64,000 nucleotides of DNA. Origin: Candidatus Latescibacterota bacterium (GTDB lineage Bacteria; Latescibacterota; UBA2968; SICM01). Made by a program: the position numbers and the translations under genes. The notes under the pieces were generated by a model that was not told where the DNA came from, made no database searches, and saw nothing but the letters and a program-made list of their open reading frames with translations. The stretch is taken from contig CBDCJO010000002.1 of the NCBI GenBank assembly GCA_965217865.1, positions 2,016,001 to 2,080,000 on the forward strand. The letters are read 5' to 3'. Below, piece after piece: positions 12,553 through 20,987 of this stretch (the first letter of the stretch is position 1; the number at the start of each line of letters is the position of its first letter).

Positions 12553-13110
12553 CTAATCTTTGTCAGAAGAGGTGAGGGGCATATCTGAAGAAACGGTCAA
12601 CCATTTGATGGAAGTGTTCGGGTAAATCCGGCCTGCTTCTTCGTAATCCTTGATCCAGACATCCGCTTTTATAAAATAACCTTCTTTCACCCACTTACAC
12701 GAGTGCCATCCGCCTGCTTCATTTTCTTTGGAAACAGACTGATGCGAACCAATCCGGTCCATGAGTTGGAAGATATCCATCTCCGGCGAAACGCCGAATA
12801 CAACTTTCGCATCTGAAGTCACCCAGTTATCGTGGCCGTAATTTCCCTTAAAATTAAATTTAGTGATCTTCAGAGTGGAGTCGAAAACCACGGAAAGCCC
12901 CGACGCCGGGAACCACTCGATACTTCCCTCGGCATTCATGGGATCACGGTAGGCATTCTCAGGAGGACCAAGGATCTTGTGAGCCGTTTCAACCGAATCG
13001 CCAAGTCGAAGAGGGTAATTCCAGATATCATCCGTGCATGAAACCAAAAGACAACACACCCAAAAGGATCTGAACAAAGTCCCTCCCGATTTTGTTTTTC
13101 TCTGTTTCAT
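12553..13110 (-). CDS. hypothetical lipoprotein
   Basis: 185 aa ORF; basic N-terminus then LLVS-C lipobox-like site. Confidence 0.6.
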   Translation of the reverse strand: MKQRKTKSGGTLFRSFWVCCLLVSCTDDIWNYPLRLGDSVETAHKILGPPENAYRDPMNAEGSIEWFPASGLSVVFDSTLKITKFNFKGNYGHDNWVTSDAKVVFGVSPEMDIFQLMDRIGSHQSVSKENEAGGWHSCKWVKEGYFIKADVWIKDYEEAGRIYPNTSIKWLTVSSDMPLTSSDKD

Positions 13111-13191
13111 AGCCGTTGGACATGCCTCATGATTATTATTTCTCTTTGTACGATTTTTAGGGATAACCGAGGTCCCGCCACAATTTAAGAA

Positions 13192-13749
13192 TCACGCGAT
13201 CTTAACCACATCTCCAACTCGGATCGCGCCGGACTGAACGACCTTGGCATTGATGCCGCGCAGATGAAGCTGCTTGCCAACCTGGGAATCGACAAACTTC
13301 TTCGCATCCGGTCCAAAACGCTCCACAAATTTTTTACAGCCCGTATGAGGTTGGTCGGTGACCTCGATCACGGCCGATCCTAGGGCCAATCGTGTCCCCG
13401 GAGGCAAGTTCTCTTCGCTCAAATCCAGGTCCATAAAAAGCTGATCCCCTGCCAAAGGCCATCGATCTTTATCCTGCGCCACCAGCGCGATCACGCGGGA
13501 ATTCATAATGGTGAGCTGCTTGTCGGGATGCGCCGTTCCATCCGGTCTACTGGCACTGCCTCGGGTACTCCAATTGTCACCCACGAGGCCTTCCCCAAGA
13601 TCGAGTTCTCCCTTTTCCAGAACTTCCCGCTCCTCCGTCTGCGGTCGTCGCACGATTAACTCCAAGACACCTTTATTCTTGGGCGACGGGCGGGACTCGT
13701 TCCACCTTGCATCAAGCTCATCCAGAGACAAATGCTTCGTTTGGTCCAT
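13192..13749 (-). CDS. MOSC domain protein
   Basis: GLVGDNW, AGDQL, PHTGCKKF, LRGINAKVV. Confidence 0.85.
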   Translation of the reverse strand: MDQTKHLSLDELDARWNESRPSPKNKGVLELIVRRPQTEEREVLEKGELDLGEGLVGDNWSTRGSASRPDGTAHPDKQLTIMNSRVIALVAQDKDRWPLAGDQLFMDLDLSEENLPPGTRLALGSAVIEVTDQPHTGCKKFVERFGPDAKKFVDSQVGKQLHLRGINAKVVQSGAIRVGDVVKIA

Positions 13750-13833
13750 GGGGCCTCTCTGTTCTACCTGTGGCGTATCTGTTGCGTGGAATTGGTTTTT
13801 GCCGCTAGGCAGGAAGGCTCGGCACGTGGAGCG

Positions 13834-14832
13834 TCAGGCCCGCATGAACTCAGCGACATCAATCGGCTCTCCCCCTCTGCGAGCCGATTCCCATCCTGCC
13901 AGGATGGGAGCGATAGAATAGAGACCATCGTGATAATCGTTCAACAATGCGCTGCCGTCCCCGGTACGAACGGCCTCGCAGAATCGGCTGTCGAGCTCGA
14001 ACCAGGGGTTGAATTTCTCTCCTTCGAACACCCTTTCTCCATTCATTTCGATGTAGTCATAGTTGTGGACACCGACGTACCCGCCCTCGTAGTAAAAGAG
14101 GAAGAAAGGCTCGTTCGCTGGTGTGCACGGAGACGCTGACAGAAAGCTCATCGTCATCGTTGCGCCGTTAGACATGACGAAATTAAAGGAGGCCGAAACC
14201 GGCACCTTGTAATGCTCCGGCTGGTTGAAGAACGCCTGCACGGTCGCCACATCGAGTCCCGTCATGAAACGTGAATAGTCCACGGGATGAGGGCCATAAT
14301 CGAAGAAAGGGACGCCCCCCTTTTCCAGCACACCGTTCCACTCACCCGTGGCCGGCGGTTTGGGTAGGTCCTCCACGTTCTGATAACGCACGTGGACCAC
14401 CTCCCTGTCCTTCAACAGACGACGTGCTTCCTGAAAGATAGGCCTGTAGCGCTCGCGAAAGCAGACGGTGCTGAGTACGCCCGCCTCCCGGACGGCATCG
14501 TCTATCCGTCGTGCTATTTTCATCTCCATGGCCTGGGGCTTTTCGCTGAAAAGATGGATGCCCTTCGAGGCCGCCGTCGATTCCACGTCGGTGCGCGCAT
14601 AGGCCGGAACGATAGACCACAGAGCGTCCATCGATTCCCTTTCCAGCATTTCGTGCCCGTCCGTATACACGTGGGGTATACCGAAACTTGCCGCTGTGTC
14701 CCGGGCGGCCTGTTCGTTTACGTCGCATACGGCGACGATGGCGACATCGTCGATCCGTGTCAGGTTCGGCAGATGCTGCTTGTTGGCAAAATTGCCCGCG
14801 CCGAAGATGCCGACCCGGATGGTCCGTCCCAT
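13834..14832 (-). CDS. Gfo/Idh/MocA family oxidoreductase
   Basis: GIFGAGNFA Rossmann start, SEKP, DYGPHPVD. Confidence 0.88.
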   Translation of the reverse strand: MGRTIRVGIFGAGNFANKQHLPNLTRIDDVAIVAVCDVNEQAARDTAASFGIPHVYTDGHEMLERESMDALWSIVPAYARTDVESTAASKGIHLFSEKPQAMEMKIARRIDDAVREAGVLSTVCFRERYRPIFQEARRLLKDREVVHVRYQNVEDLPKPPATGEWNGVLEKGGVPFFDYGPHPVDYSRFMTGLDVATVQAFFNQPEHYKVPVSASFNFVMSNGATMTMSFLSASPCTPANEPFFLFYYEGGYVGVHNYDYIEMNGERVFEGEKFNPWFELDSRFCEAVRTGDGSALLNDYHDGLYSIAPILAGWESARRGGEPIDVAEFMRA

Positions 14833-15097
14833 ACTCGATAAATCCTTTCACGTTCTGTTGGGGGCCGAACCATACTCGGCACCCTCGCTCGACGAGCAGA
14901 CTGACGGTAGACGACTCAGAACAAAATAATTTATGGTCCGATTGTCAACTTCATTTGTAGCAGGGGAAAACAGGACGTTCGTCGTTTAATGAACCCCGAA
15001 GGGGTTGCCCGATAGGGGCAGCGGAATATGCCCAGTAGCATTAACCCTTTGCTGGCAGAATGCACCCAACAACAGTACCTTGTAATGGATCCAACCC

Positions 15098-15121
15098 AAT
15101 TGTGAACACGTGTTCACAATT
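15098..15121. promoter_or_regulatory. perfect 24-bp palindrome, operator/parS-like
   Basis: AATTGTGAACAC|GTGTTCACAATT. Confidence 0.55.
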
Positions 15122-15317
15122 CCAAACGTGGCCGGGCAAATTGTCGTGGATCAACCGGCTGATTTGCGGTTGTAGGTCTCCATAAGAACGGCCTCCATCG
15201 CCAGCCGGGGGTGCTCCTTACCTGAAGCCAGGGCCTTGGCGATCTCTGTGCGTAATATACTGTATTGCGATAACTTAAATCTCATTATGTCCGAACGGTC
15301 GGATTTGGTCGACGTTT

Positions 15318-15800
15318 CAAACTGCCACTGCTACTGCTTTTTCCCCCTGACCTCCGACCTCTGGCCCCTGACCTCTGCCTTTCCTTTTCCTGCCACTGCC
15401 ACTGCCTTTGTTTTCCCTGACCTCTGACCCCTTATCAATTCTGCACGCGCGTGCAGAATTAACCATGTAAACCTCTGTTATATGTAACGACTTAAATAAT
15501 TGCGCATAGAATTTTGGAGAGCTTTGCTTAAACGGGCCTCCTCCTTTTTCTGAACCCAATGCCTGACCGATCTCCGTGCGTAGTATTTTGATCGACGCTT
15601 CACGCCGCCACTGCTACTGCCCTTTCTCGTCTCTCTCGCGTTTCACGGTTTTATCAATCTTCAATTATCCTCGATCTTCAATTCCCACTGGCTCTACCTT
15701 TGTCTTTCCTGCTACAGCCCTTCCTGACCCCTACCATGCTGTTGCTTTTTCCTGCTACTGCTTTTCACGTTTCACGTCCCACGTTTGACGTTTGACGGCC
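15318..15800. repeat. modular 6-7-mer tandem repeat tracts
   Basis: CTGCCA/CTGCTA, CTGACCT and TTCACGT units at about 15318-15430 and 15600-15800. Confidence 0.7.
15437..15460. promoter_or_regulatory. perfect 24-bp palindrome related to 15098-15121
   Basis: AATTCTGCACGC|GCGTGCAGAATT. Confidence 0.55.
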
Positions 15801-15934
15801 TTTCATGTATACGCAATTAATTATGACGCATAGGGTGAGTTGCTCAAGCAAAATATATGAGATCGAGTTGAGTAAGATCGCAGCTCTATTCAGGAATCCA
15901 AATACAGCCGCAGCCCTATCGGTAGATGCCATGC

Positions 15935-16165
15935 TGGGATTGCCCTACATCAGGATGTTCTCTTCTCTCTTATGGCCAGTGCTCGCTTGTAAAGAGGCTC
16001 GGCCCTGTGTATACTTGCCTTGGATATTGTAAATTTCAGCAAGGTTATTCAGGGAGGTCGCCGTAGAGGGATGGTCTGGGCCGAACAGCCAAATTTAAAA
16101 GCCTTTTTCGCGACCTCAAGGGCTTCGTCATACCGGCCCTCATTGTAGAGTTTCTCCGCTTTTGT
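15935..16165 (-). pseudogene. degenerate TPR (kinesin-light-chain-like) gene fragment
   Basis: Frame-hopping translation gives KAEKLYNEGRYDEALEVAKKA / LFGPDHPSTATSLNNLAEIYNIQGKY / AEPLYKRALAIK / HPDVGQS. Confidence 0.7.
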
Positions 16166-16176
16166 GTTGAGGGCAT

Positions 16177-17352
16177 TCAACACCTCCTCTTGAGCATCTC
16201 TCCAGCGTGCTTGGCTCGGATCGCTTTGGCGCGAGCCTCCATTTCTTCCGCGTTGGCAGTGCGTTGCGTCTCCCGTAGCAGGGCCGCGTAGTTCTCCAGG
16301 CTGGTGGCCACAAGGGATTGGTCTGGTCCCAGCGCTTTTCGCTTCGCGGCCCAGCGAGCCGGAAGGACGGCCAGCCAGCCCGACCGCGTAATCTCGTATA
16401 TTTCCAGGGCCCTGATGTAGAGGGGCTCGGCCTTGACATAGTGACCCTGGGTCTTATAAAGTCCCCCCAGATTGTTCAAGGAGATCGCCACATCGGGATG
16501 GTCTTTGCCCAGGGACTTCTCCCTTATTGCCAATGCCCGCTTGTGAAGAGCCTCGGCTTCCGCATACTGGGCATGGGAACAATAAAGTGCCGCCAGGTTG
16601 TTCAGGGACAGCGCCACAAGGGGATGGTTTTTACCCAGGGACTTCTCCCGTATGGCCAGGGACCGTTTGTGAAGGGGCTCAGCTTCGGCATACCGCCCCT
16701 GGGAATCATAAAGTAGCGCCAGATTGTTCAGGGACTGTGCCACATCGGGATGGTCTTTGCCCAGGGACTTCTCCCTTATTGCCAATGCCCGCTTGTGAAG
16801 AGCCTCGGCTTCCGCATACTGGGCATGGGAACAATAAAGTGCCGCCAGGTTGTTCAGGGACAGCGCCAAATGGGGATGGTCTGGTCCCAGCGCCATCTCG
16901 TATATTGCCAGTAACCGCTTGTAAAGGGGCTGGTCGTGCGCTTGGAGGTCTGCCCCCTGCAGATCGGCAGCCCAGAGGTTTACCTTGTGTAGATTTGCCC
17001 CTTTCAGATTGGCCTTCATGAAGACCCCTTCGAGGTAGACATTATGAGGCTTTATTCCCTTTTTCCGGTTCTTCTCACGTATCTTCTTCAATTCCTCGGG
17101 GGTCACCTTGCGCAGCTGCTCCGACTTAAAGACATGCTTTTTCAGGTCAGACCAGTTGTCAAAGCCATATTCACGGGCTATGACAAGCTGTGCATTGCGC
17201 AAACCAAACTTGGAAAGACTGGAAAAACTGGGATGCAATTTCTTTATTTTGGATAATACTTCAGAATTGCCGGCTTGGTAGGATTTTAGGAGCGTTTTGG
17301 CTTGATTCTTGAGATTTTCCAGGCTGGGATTGGTAGGAAGGTGTGAAGACAT
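16177..17352 (-). CDS. chimeric protein: LPxxPxLExLKxQAK N-terminal domain, short pentapeptide repeat, 42-aa TPRs
   Basis: HLPTNPSLENLKNQAKTLL...AQLVIAREYGFDNW; ANLKGANL/ADLQGADL; SLNNLAxLY...AEPLYKRALAI repeats. Confidence 0.8.
   Translation of the reverse strand: MSSHLPTNPSLENLKNQAKTLLKSYQAGNSEVLSKIKKLHPSFSSLSKFGLRNAQLVIAREYGFDNWSDLKKHVFKSEQLRKVTPEELKKIREKNRKKGIKPHNVYLEGVFMKANLKGANLHKVNLWAADLQGADLQAHDQPLYKRLLAIYEMALGPDHPHLALSLNNLAALYCSHAQYAEAEALHKRALAIREKSLGKDHPDVAQSLNNLALLYDSQGRYAEAEPLHKRSLAIREKSLGKNHPLVALSLNNLAALYCSHAQYAEAEALHKRALAIREKSLGKDHPDVAISLNNLGGLYKTQGHYVKAEPLYIRALEIYEITRSGWLAVLPARWAAKRKALGPDQSLVATSLENYAALLRETQRTANAEEMEARAKAIRAKHAGEMLKRRC
16487..16868. repeat. 130-bp direct repeat within the TPR gene
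   Basis: 16487-16616 equals 16739-16868 by eye; offset 252 nt, i.e. two TPR units. Confidence 0.85.
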
Positions 17353-17506
17353 GGCAACCCTCTTTCTTTGAATATGCCTGTTGCCCGCTTAGCCAGGCAG
17401 AAAGAAGGTACAGAAATTTGGAAGGAGATGGGCTTAACCCTTGCCGCGGGCGGGTGGCTTTCTTGAAGCACTAATTGAAGTTAGCTCTACTCATTACCAA
17501 AGTCAA
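17353..17506 (-). promoter_or_regulatory. sigma70 promoter plus structured 5' leader of the TPR gene
   Basis: Minus strand TTGACT (17506-17501), 17 nt, TAACTT (17483-17478); about 120-nt leader with nested and alternative pairings. Confidence 0.55.
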
Positions 17507-17572
17507 GCGAATTATTCCCATCCTCTCGCAGCATGAGGAAGGGGCCGCATCGGGGGATATGGCCGCAATGGC

Positions 17573-17651
17573 TCATAACGTTCAGTGGCTCACGAACCCG
17601 CGATAGTGGGTTGGTGCGGAGCGAAGCGGAGCCGTGAGCCACATGTTATGG
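17573..17651 (-). mobile_element. attC-like recombination site
   Basis: Minus strand CCATAAC-AT-GTGGCTCACG ... CGTGAGCCAC-TGAAC-GTTATGA; imperfect palindrome 20 nt after the APH-family stop codon. Confidence 0.8.
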
Positions 17652-17670
17652 GAAGTACCGCCATCGACAT

Positions 17671-18666
17671 TTAGGAATCAAACACGTTCATCTGTAGTAA
17701 CTCGGGCCAGAAGAGATTCTGAAGATCGGCCAGAGAATGGATTGGAGGAGATCCCGCCTCGCGGTAGAAATCTCGAAGCCAGCCCAGGGCCCTATAGCTA
17801 TGAAGGTAGAATGCTAAGCAGCTTCGGCGGAAATCCTCCTGCATCCTTTCGGTTGGATCATAGGCTCTCATGAATGCTTTCATGGCATCAACATCTCTTT
17901 CAAAGGTCCAGAACCAAAGATCAACCCAGTCATATCCGGCAGGAGCAATCATCGCATCAGCCACATCGATTATCCCTGAAATAACCCAACTTCCACCGCT
18001 CCGCGCGAGAATCAGATGATCTCCCGTCAAATCAGCATGCGCAAGGACATTGGGACCATCCAGGTATTCGTGTGAAGTACATAGAGCGAAATTCTCGATT
18101 TCATCTATCACGGCTGAAGGTAACTCACTAAATCCCTTGATTTCGCCCAGAAATTCCCTGAGCCTCGCACTGCACAGCTCTCCCCAGGTTTTTCCGACCT
18201 GTTGGACCCTGTTTTTCACGGAATGGTCGCATTTATGAAACTGGAGAAGGCACTGTCCCAACTCAGCACCGATCCGACGTAACTCACCTGCTGTCAGTTG
18301 ATGCTTTACGCTGGAAAAAGGCTCTCCCGAGATGAATTCCATAACTATGTACGACCATCCTTCATCCAGCCCATAGGTATTAGCGGATATCAGATCAGGT
18401 AGCGGTACTCCGTCCATCTTTCGCGATCCCTCCAAAACCGCACTTTCAACCTCATACTCCATTCTTTGATCGCTTCCGAAAACTTTCACCACGCAATACT
18501 CATCAAGAACAAAGATCAAGTTATTGGAGAACTCAATCCTTGACTTGGAGTATTTGATGCCTTCAATCGCAGCTATCTCCGCACAAACTGACTCTGCGAG
18601 GTGGGGATCGTCACGAAGTCGATCCCACGCAGTTTGTCCTTTCGCAGATCCCAACGCTCCGTTCAT
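17671..18666 (-). CDS. aminoglycoside phosphotransferase / choline kinase family protein (gene cassette)
   Basis: VVKVF, YIVMEFISG, LAHADLTGDH (Brenner motif), GIIDVADA; visibly lower GC than core genes. Confidence 0.82.
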   Translation of the reverse strand: MNGALGSAKGQTAWDRLRDDPHLAESVCAEIAAIEGIKYSKSRIEFSNNLIFVLDEYCVVKVFGSDQRMEYEVESAVLEGSRKMDGVPLPDLISANTYGLDEGWSYIVMEFISGEPFSSVKHQLTAGELRRIGAELGQCLLQFHKCDHSVKNRVQQVGKTWGELCSARLREFLGEIKGFSELPSAVIDEIENFALCTSHEYLDGPNVLAHADLTGDHLILARSGGSWVISGIIDVADAMIAPAGYDWVDLWFWTFERDVDAMKAFMRAYDPTERMQEDFRRSCLAFYLHSYRALGWLRDFYREAGSPPIHSLADLQNLFWPELLQMNVFDS

Positions 18667-18709
18667 ATTCGTTGTGCTCTCAGCTGTTGCCTTGGTTTAC
18701 GGCGGCATC

Positions 18710-18845
18710 TCCCATAACTTACGGTATTCCCGAACTCCTACGTAGATTCCTTAATTTCGGGATAATCCCCGCCTTTCGCAGATACCTCCCCACGAAAAAG
18801 ATACCGGTATATGTTCGCAGATGCCTTCCTATAGGAGAAACCGTC
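18710..18845 (-). mobile_element. attI-like primary recombination site
   Basis: Core G|TTATGGGA at 18718-18710; direct repeats GGAAGGCATCTGCGAA and GGGAGGTATCTGCGAA (18814-18829, 18775-18790); inverted TCCCGAA...TTCGGGA. Confidence 0.6.
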
Positions 18846-19022
18846 TTAGGATGAACTCACCTTTGACAACTGCATTAAACTATCCAGAGGACTCTGAATC
18901 TTTCCGATATCTCGGGTTGTTACCCTTACAGTCTTTTCTATTCCTACCTTTACATATGCCCGTTCGAATATCTTTTGCACAGAACGCTCGTGGGGGTATC
19001 GTCCTGAACGTCGTAGTTCCTC
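18846..19022 (-). pseudogene. tyrosine recombinase (integron-integrase-like) C-terminal remnant lacking its catalytic core
   Basis: One frame reads RSGRYPHERSVQKIFERAYVKVGIEKTV|RVTTRDIGKIQSPLDSL...*; the HxLRH..LGH..Y block is absent; no start codon. Confidence 0.75.
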
Positions 19023-19138
19023 TCATGACTGGCAACCTTCAACCCGATTGCTGTGTCCCAAAAGTGTGCAATCAAAGGTATCGTTTGGTGGGCCTTCCAT
19101 GATGTTAGCACATATCCTGAACAACACCCAGAAAAGCC

Positions 19139-19195
19139 AGCATTAAAGAATTTTAATGCTGACTTAATTCTATTTTAATCTTCCATTGCTATATT
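19139..19195 (+). promoter_or_regulatory. OmpR/PhoP-type direct-repeat box and extended -10
   Basis: TTAAT at 19153, 19164 and 19175 (11-bp period); inverted repeat AGCATTAAA-4-TTTAATGCT; TGcTATATT. Confidence 0.5.
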
Positions 19196-19258
19196 TAGAA
19201 TTGTCTGTTTCAGCCCGAATTTTCTTATTTTAACTTACCCTCATTCCTGGAGGTTGAT

Positions 19259-19591
19259 ATGTTCCAGAAAATTGGTGCCCGTGCAGCCATAGCAACAGTA
19301 ATTGCTATAGCCGGCTTATTTGCTGCTTGCAGCCAAACACCAACGGGTCCTCCATTTGCACATAAAGCGGCGTCTGGCCCTATAACTGCCGATCAGGCTA
19401 AATCGATTTCGGCACAAGCCTTAGGAGGAACGGCGCTTTCGGTTAAGCAGGAAATTGACGACGAAGACGGAGAGCAGGTCTTCGAGGTTAAAGTTCAGGT
19501 GACAAGCCCTCGATTTATGATCAAGGAGGTAGAAATCAGAATTTCGGACGGAGCCGTCCTGGAAATTGAGAATGCCGATAACGATGACTAA
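19259..19591 (+). CDS. PepSY domain lipoprotein
   Basis: LFAA-C lipobox; ITADQAKSIS...VFEVKV...EVEIRISDGAVL; GGAGG RBS. Confidence 0.8.
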   Translation: MFQKIGARAAIATVIAIAGLFAACSQTPTGPPFAHKAASGPITADQAKSISAQALGGTALSVKQEIDDEDGEQVFEVKVQVTSPRFMIKEVEIRISDGAVLEIENADNDD

Positions 19592-19779
19592 GTCCGATCT
19601 TTTCTTCCGTTAAGGTTACCACATATCACACTAAAGTCTAGGCAATAAAGGAGTTATAACCAAATCCCGCGTCAGTATTGGGATTGGCGATAACCTCTTT
19701 CCAATTTTACGAATAAAAAAAGCGTTCAACTCAAAAGCTGAACGCGATGACTTTTTCCCCTGGCTTTTGGACTCGGGCT

Positions 19780-20860
19780 TCACCCGACGAGAATGTTGAC
19801 ATTGCTTCCCAGAAGCGCCAGGGCGGAACGGAGGCCGGACATATTCGGAATCCTAAAGGACGACCGGTCCTCATCGTCCGAAAAGATGGACCGCGAAAGC
19901 GTCGACGGGCGCTCGAGTTGTGTTCGAAAAACCGACGTACGGTTCTGATTCCGATCGGCTGCCCGGATCCCTTGCCTCTGGGCAGCGACAAGATTCTGAG
20001 CGGTTCGCTGGCCGTTAATGGAATTCTGGCGGATCGAATCTCTGACAAGGCCTCGCGTCACCGCAGAGACATCCTCCCTGAGGTTTTGCTTCAGTTCGGT
20101 CGTCTCCCTCAGCCGGCCCTCAGCACGCGGGGGCCCTGGCAGTTTGCGCCTGTTCGTTCGCTCCTGTCGTGGAAACGTCCACCGGTGCGGCTTGAGCGCT
20201 CCGTGCAGTACGTGCGGCCTGCGCCGTTCGAACGACAGCCGAGGTGGCGGTTGTCCGCTCCACCCGAAGCGACGTGGCCAGCCGAACCCGAGCGGCCGCC
20301 GTCTCGTTGCCGTCGACCTGGATATTCCCCCGGGTCCTCGAGCTGATCAGGCGGCTAAGACTATCGATTCGCCTGACCGCCGACTGCAGCGCAGGACCCA
20401 GAGCGGGGCGCGTCGTTGCGGCTTCGGGAAAACCCGTCCCTGTCCGATCCCTGCTTGTCTGGGTTGTGCGCTGAGCCCGGGTCCGTGTTGCCTGCCCCTG
20501 CCCGGATCGGACCCGGTCCGAAACCTGCTGGGAGGTCTGGTCCGCCCGCTGAGAAGAAATCAGCAGGCCAAACGCATTTCTGCTTTGGCCGGCTGACGCA
20601 CGAGTCCCATCACCTTCCCCGCCTCGGACAGACTCCTGTCTTCCCGCAGTCCTCAGCGTGCGGGTCGCGACAGCGGATTCCCCACGGGACACACGGGTCC
20701 GCCCGTCATCCCCCTCTCCGCCCCGAACCCGCTCCTGCCTGCCGGCCCGCCCTCGCTGTGTACGTATGTCGTCGTCATCATCATCGTCGCGCGCCTGTAG
20801 AGCTCGGAAATTGGCAACACTCGCACGCGTCGATGAAAACCTGGAAACAAAGATCGGCAT
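19780..20860 (-). CDS. hypothetical R/T/A-rich low-complexity protein, probably one gene frameshifted at about 20130
   Basis: Removing one base of the G5 run at 20129-20133 joins 20120..20860 to the frame ending LGSNVNILVG* at 19780. Confidence 0.55.
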
Positions 20861-20987
20861 CGCATTCCCGCCCAAGAGAATGAGTTACGACCTTATACCA
20901 TTTTCATCTGACAAAATATAACAAATTTTAAGGGTGGTTGTCAACAGGCAACCAAAAGAGAAGGGCGGTCGACGAATCGGCAGCTTC

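Noticed and set aside
16487-16868. DGR or CRISPR reading of the 130-bp repeat
   Set aside because: The copies are identical, in frame and follow TPR periodicity.
17671-18666. Calling the cassette an antibiotic resistance gene
   Set aside because: Only the general APH/choline-kinase motifs are visible; the substrate is unknown.
20900-20932. sigma28 promoter for the low-complexity gene
   Set aside because: TAAAATTT-N11-TCAGATGA matches the -10 consensus poorly.
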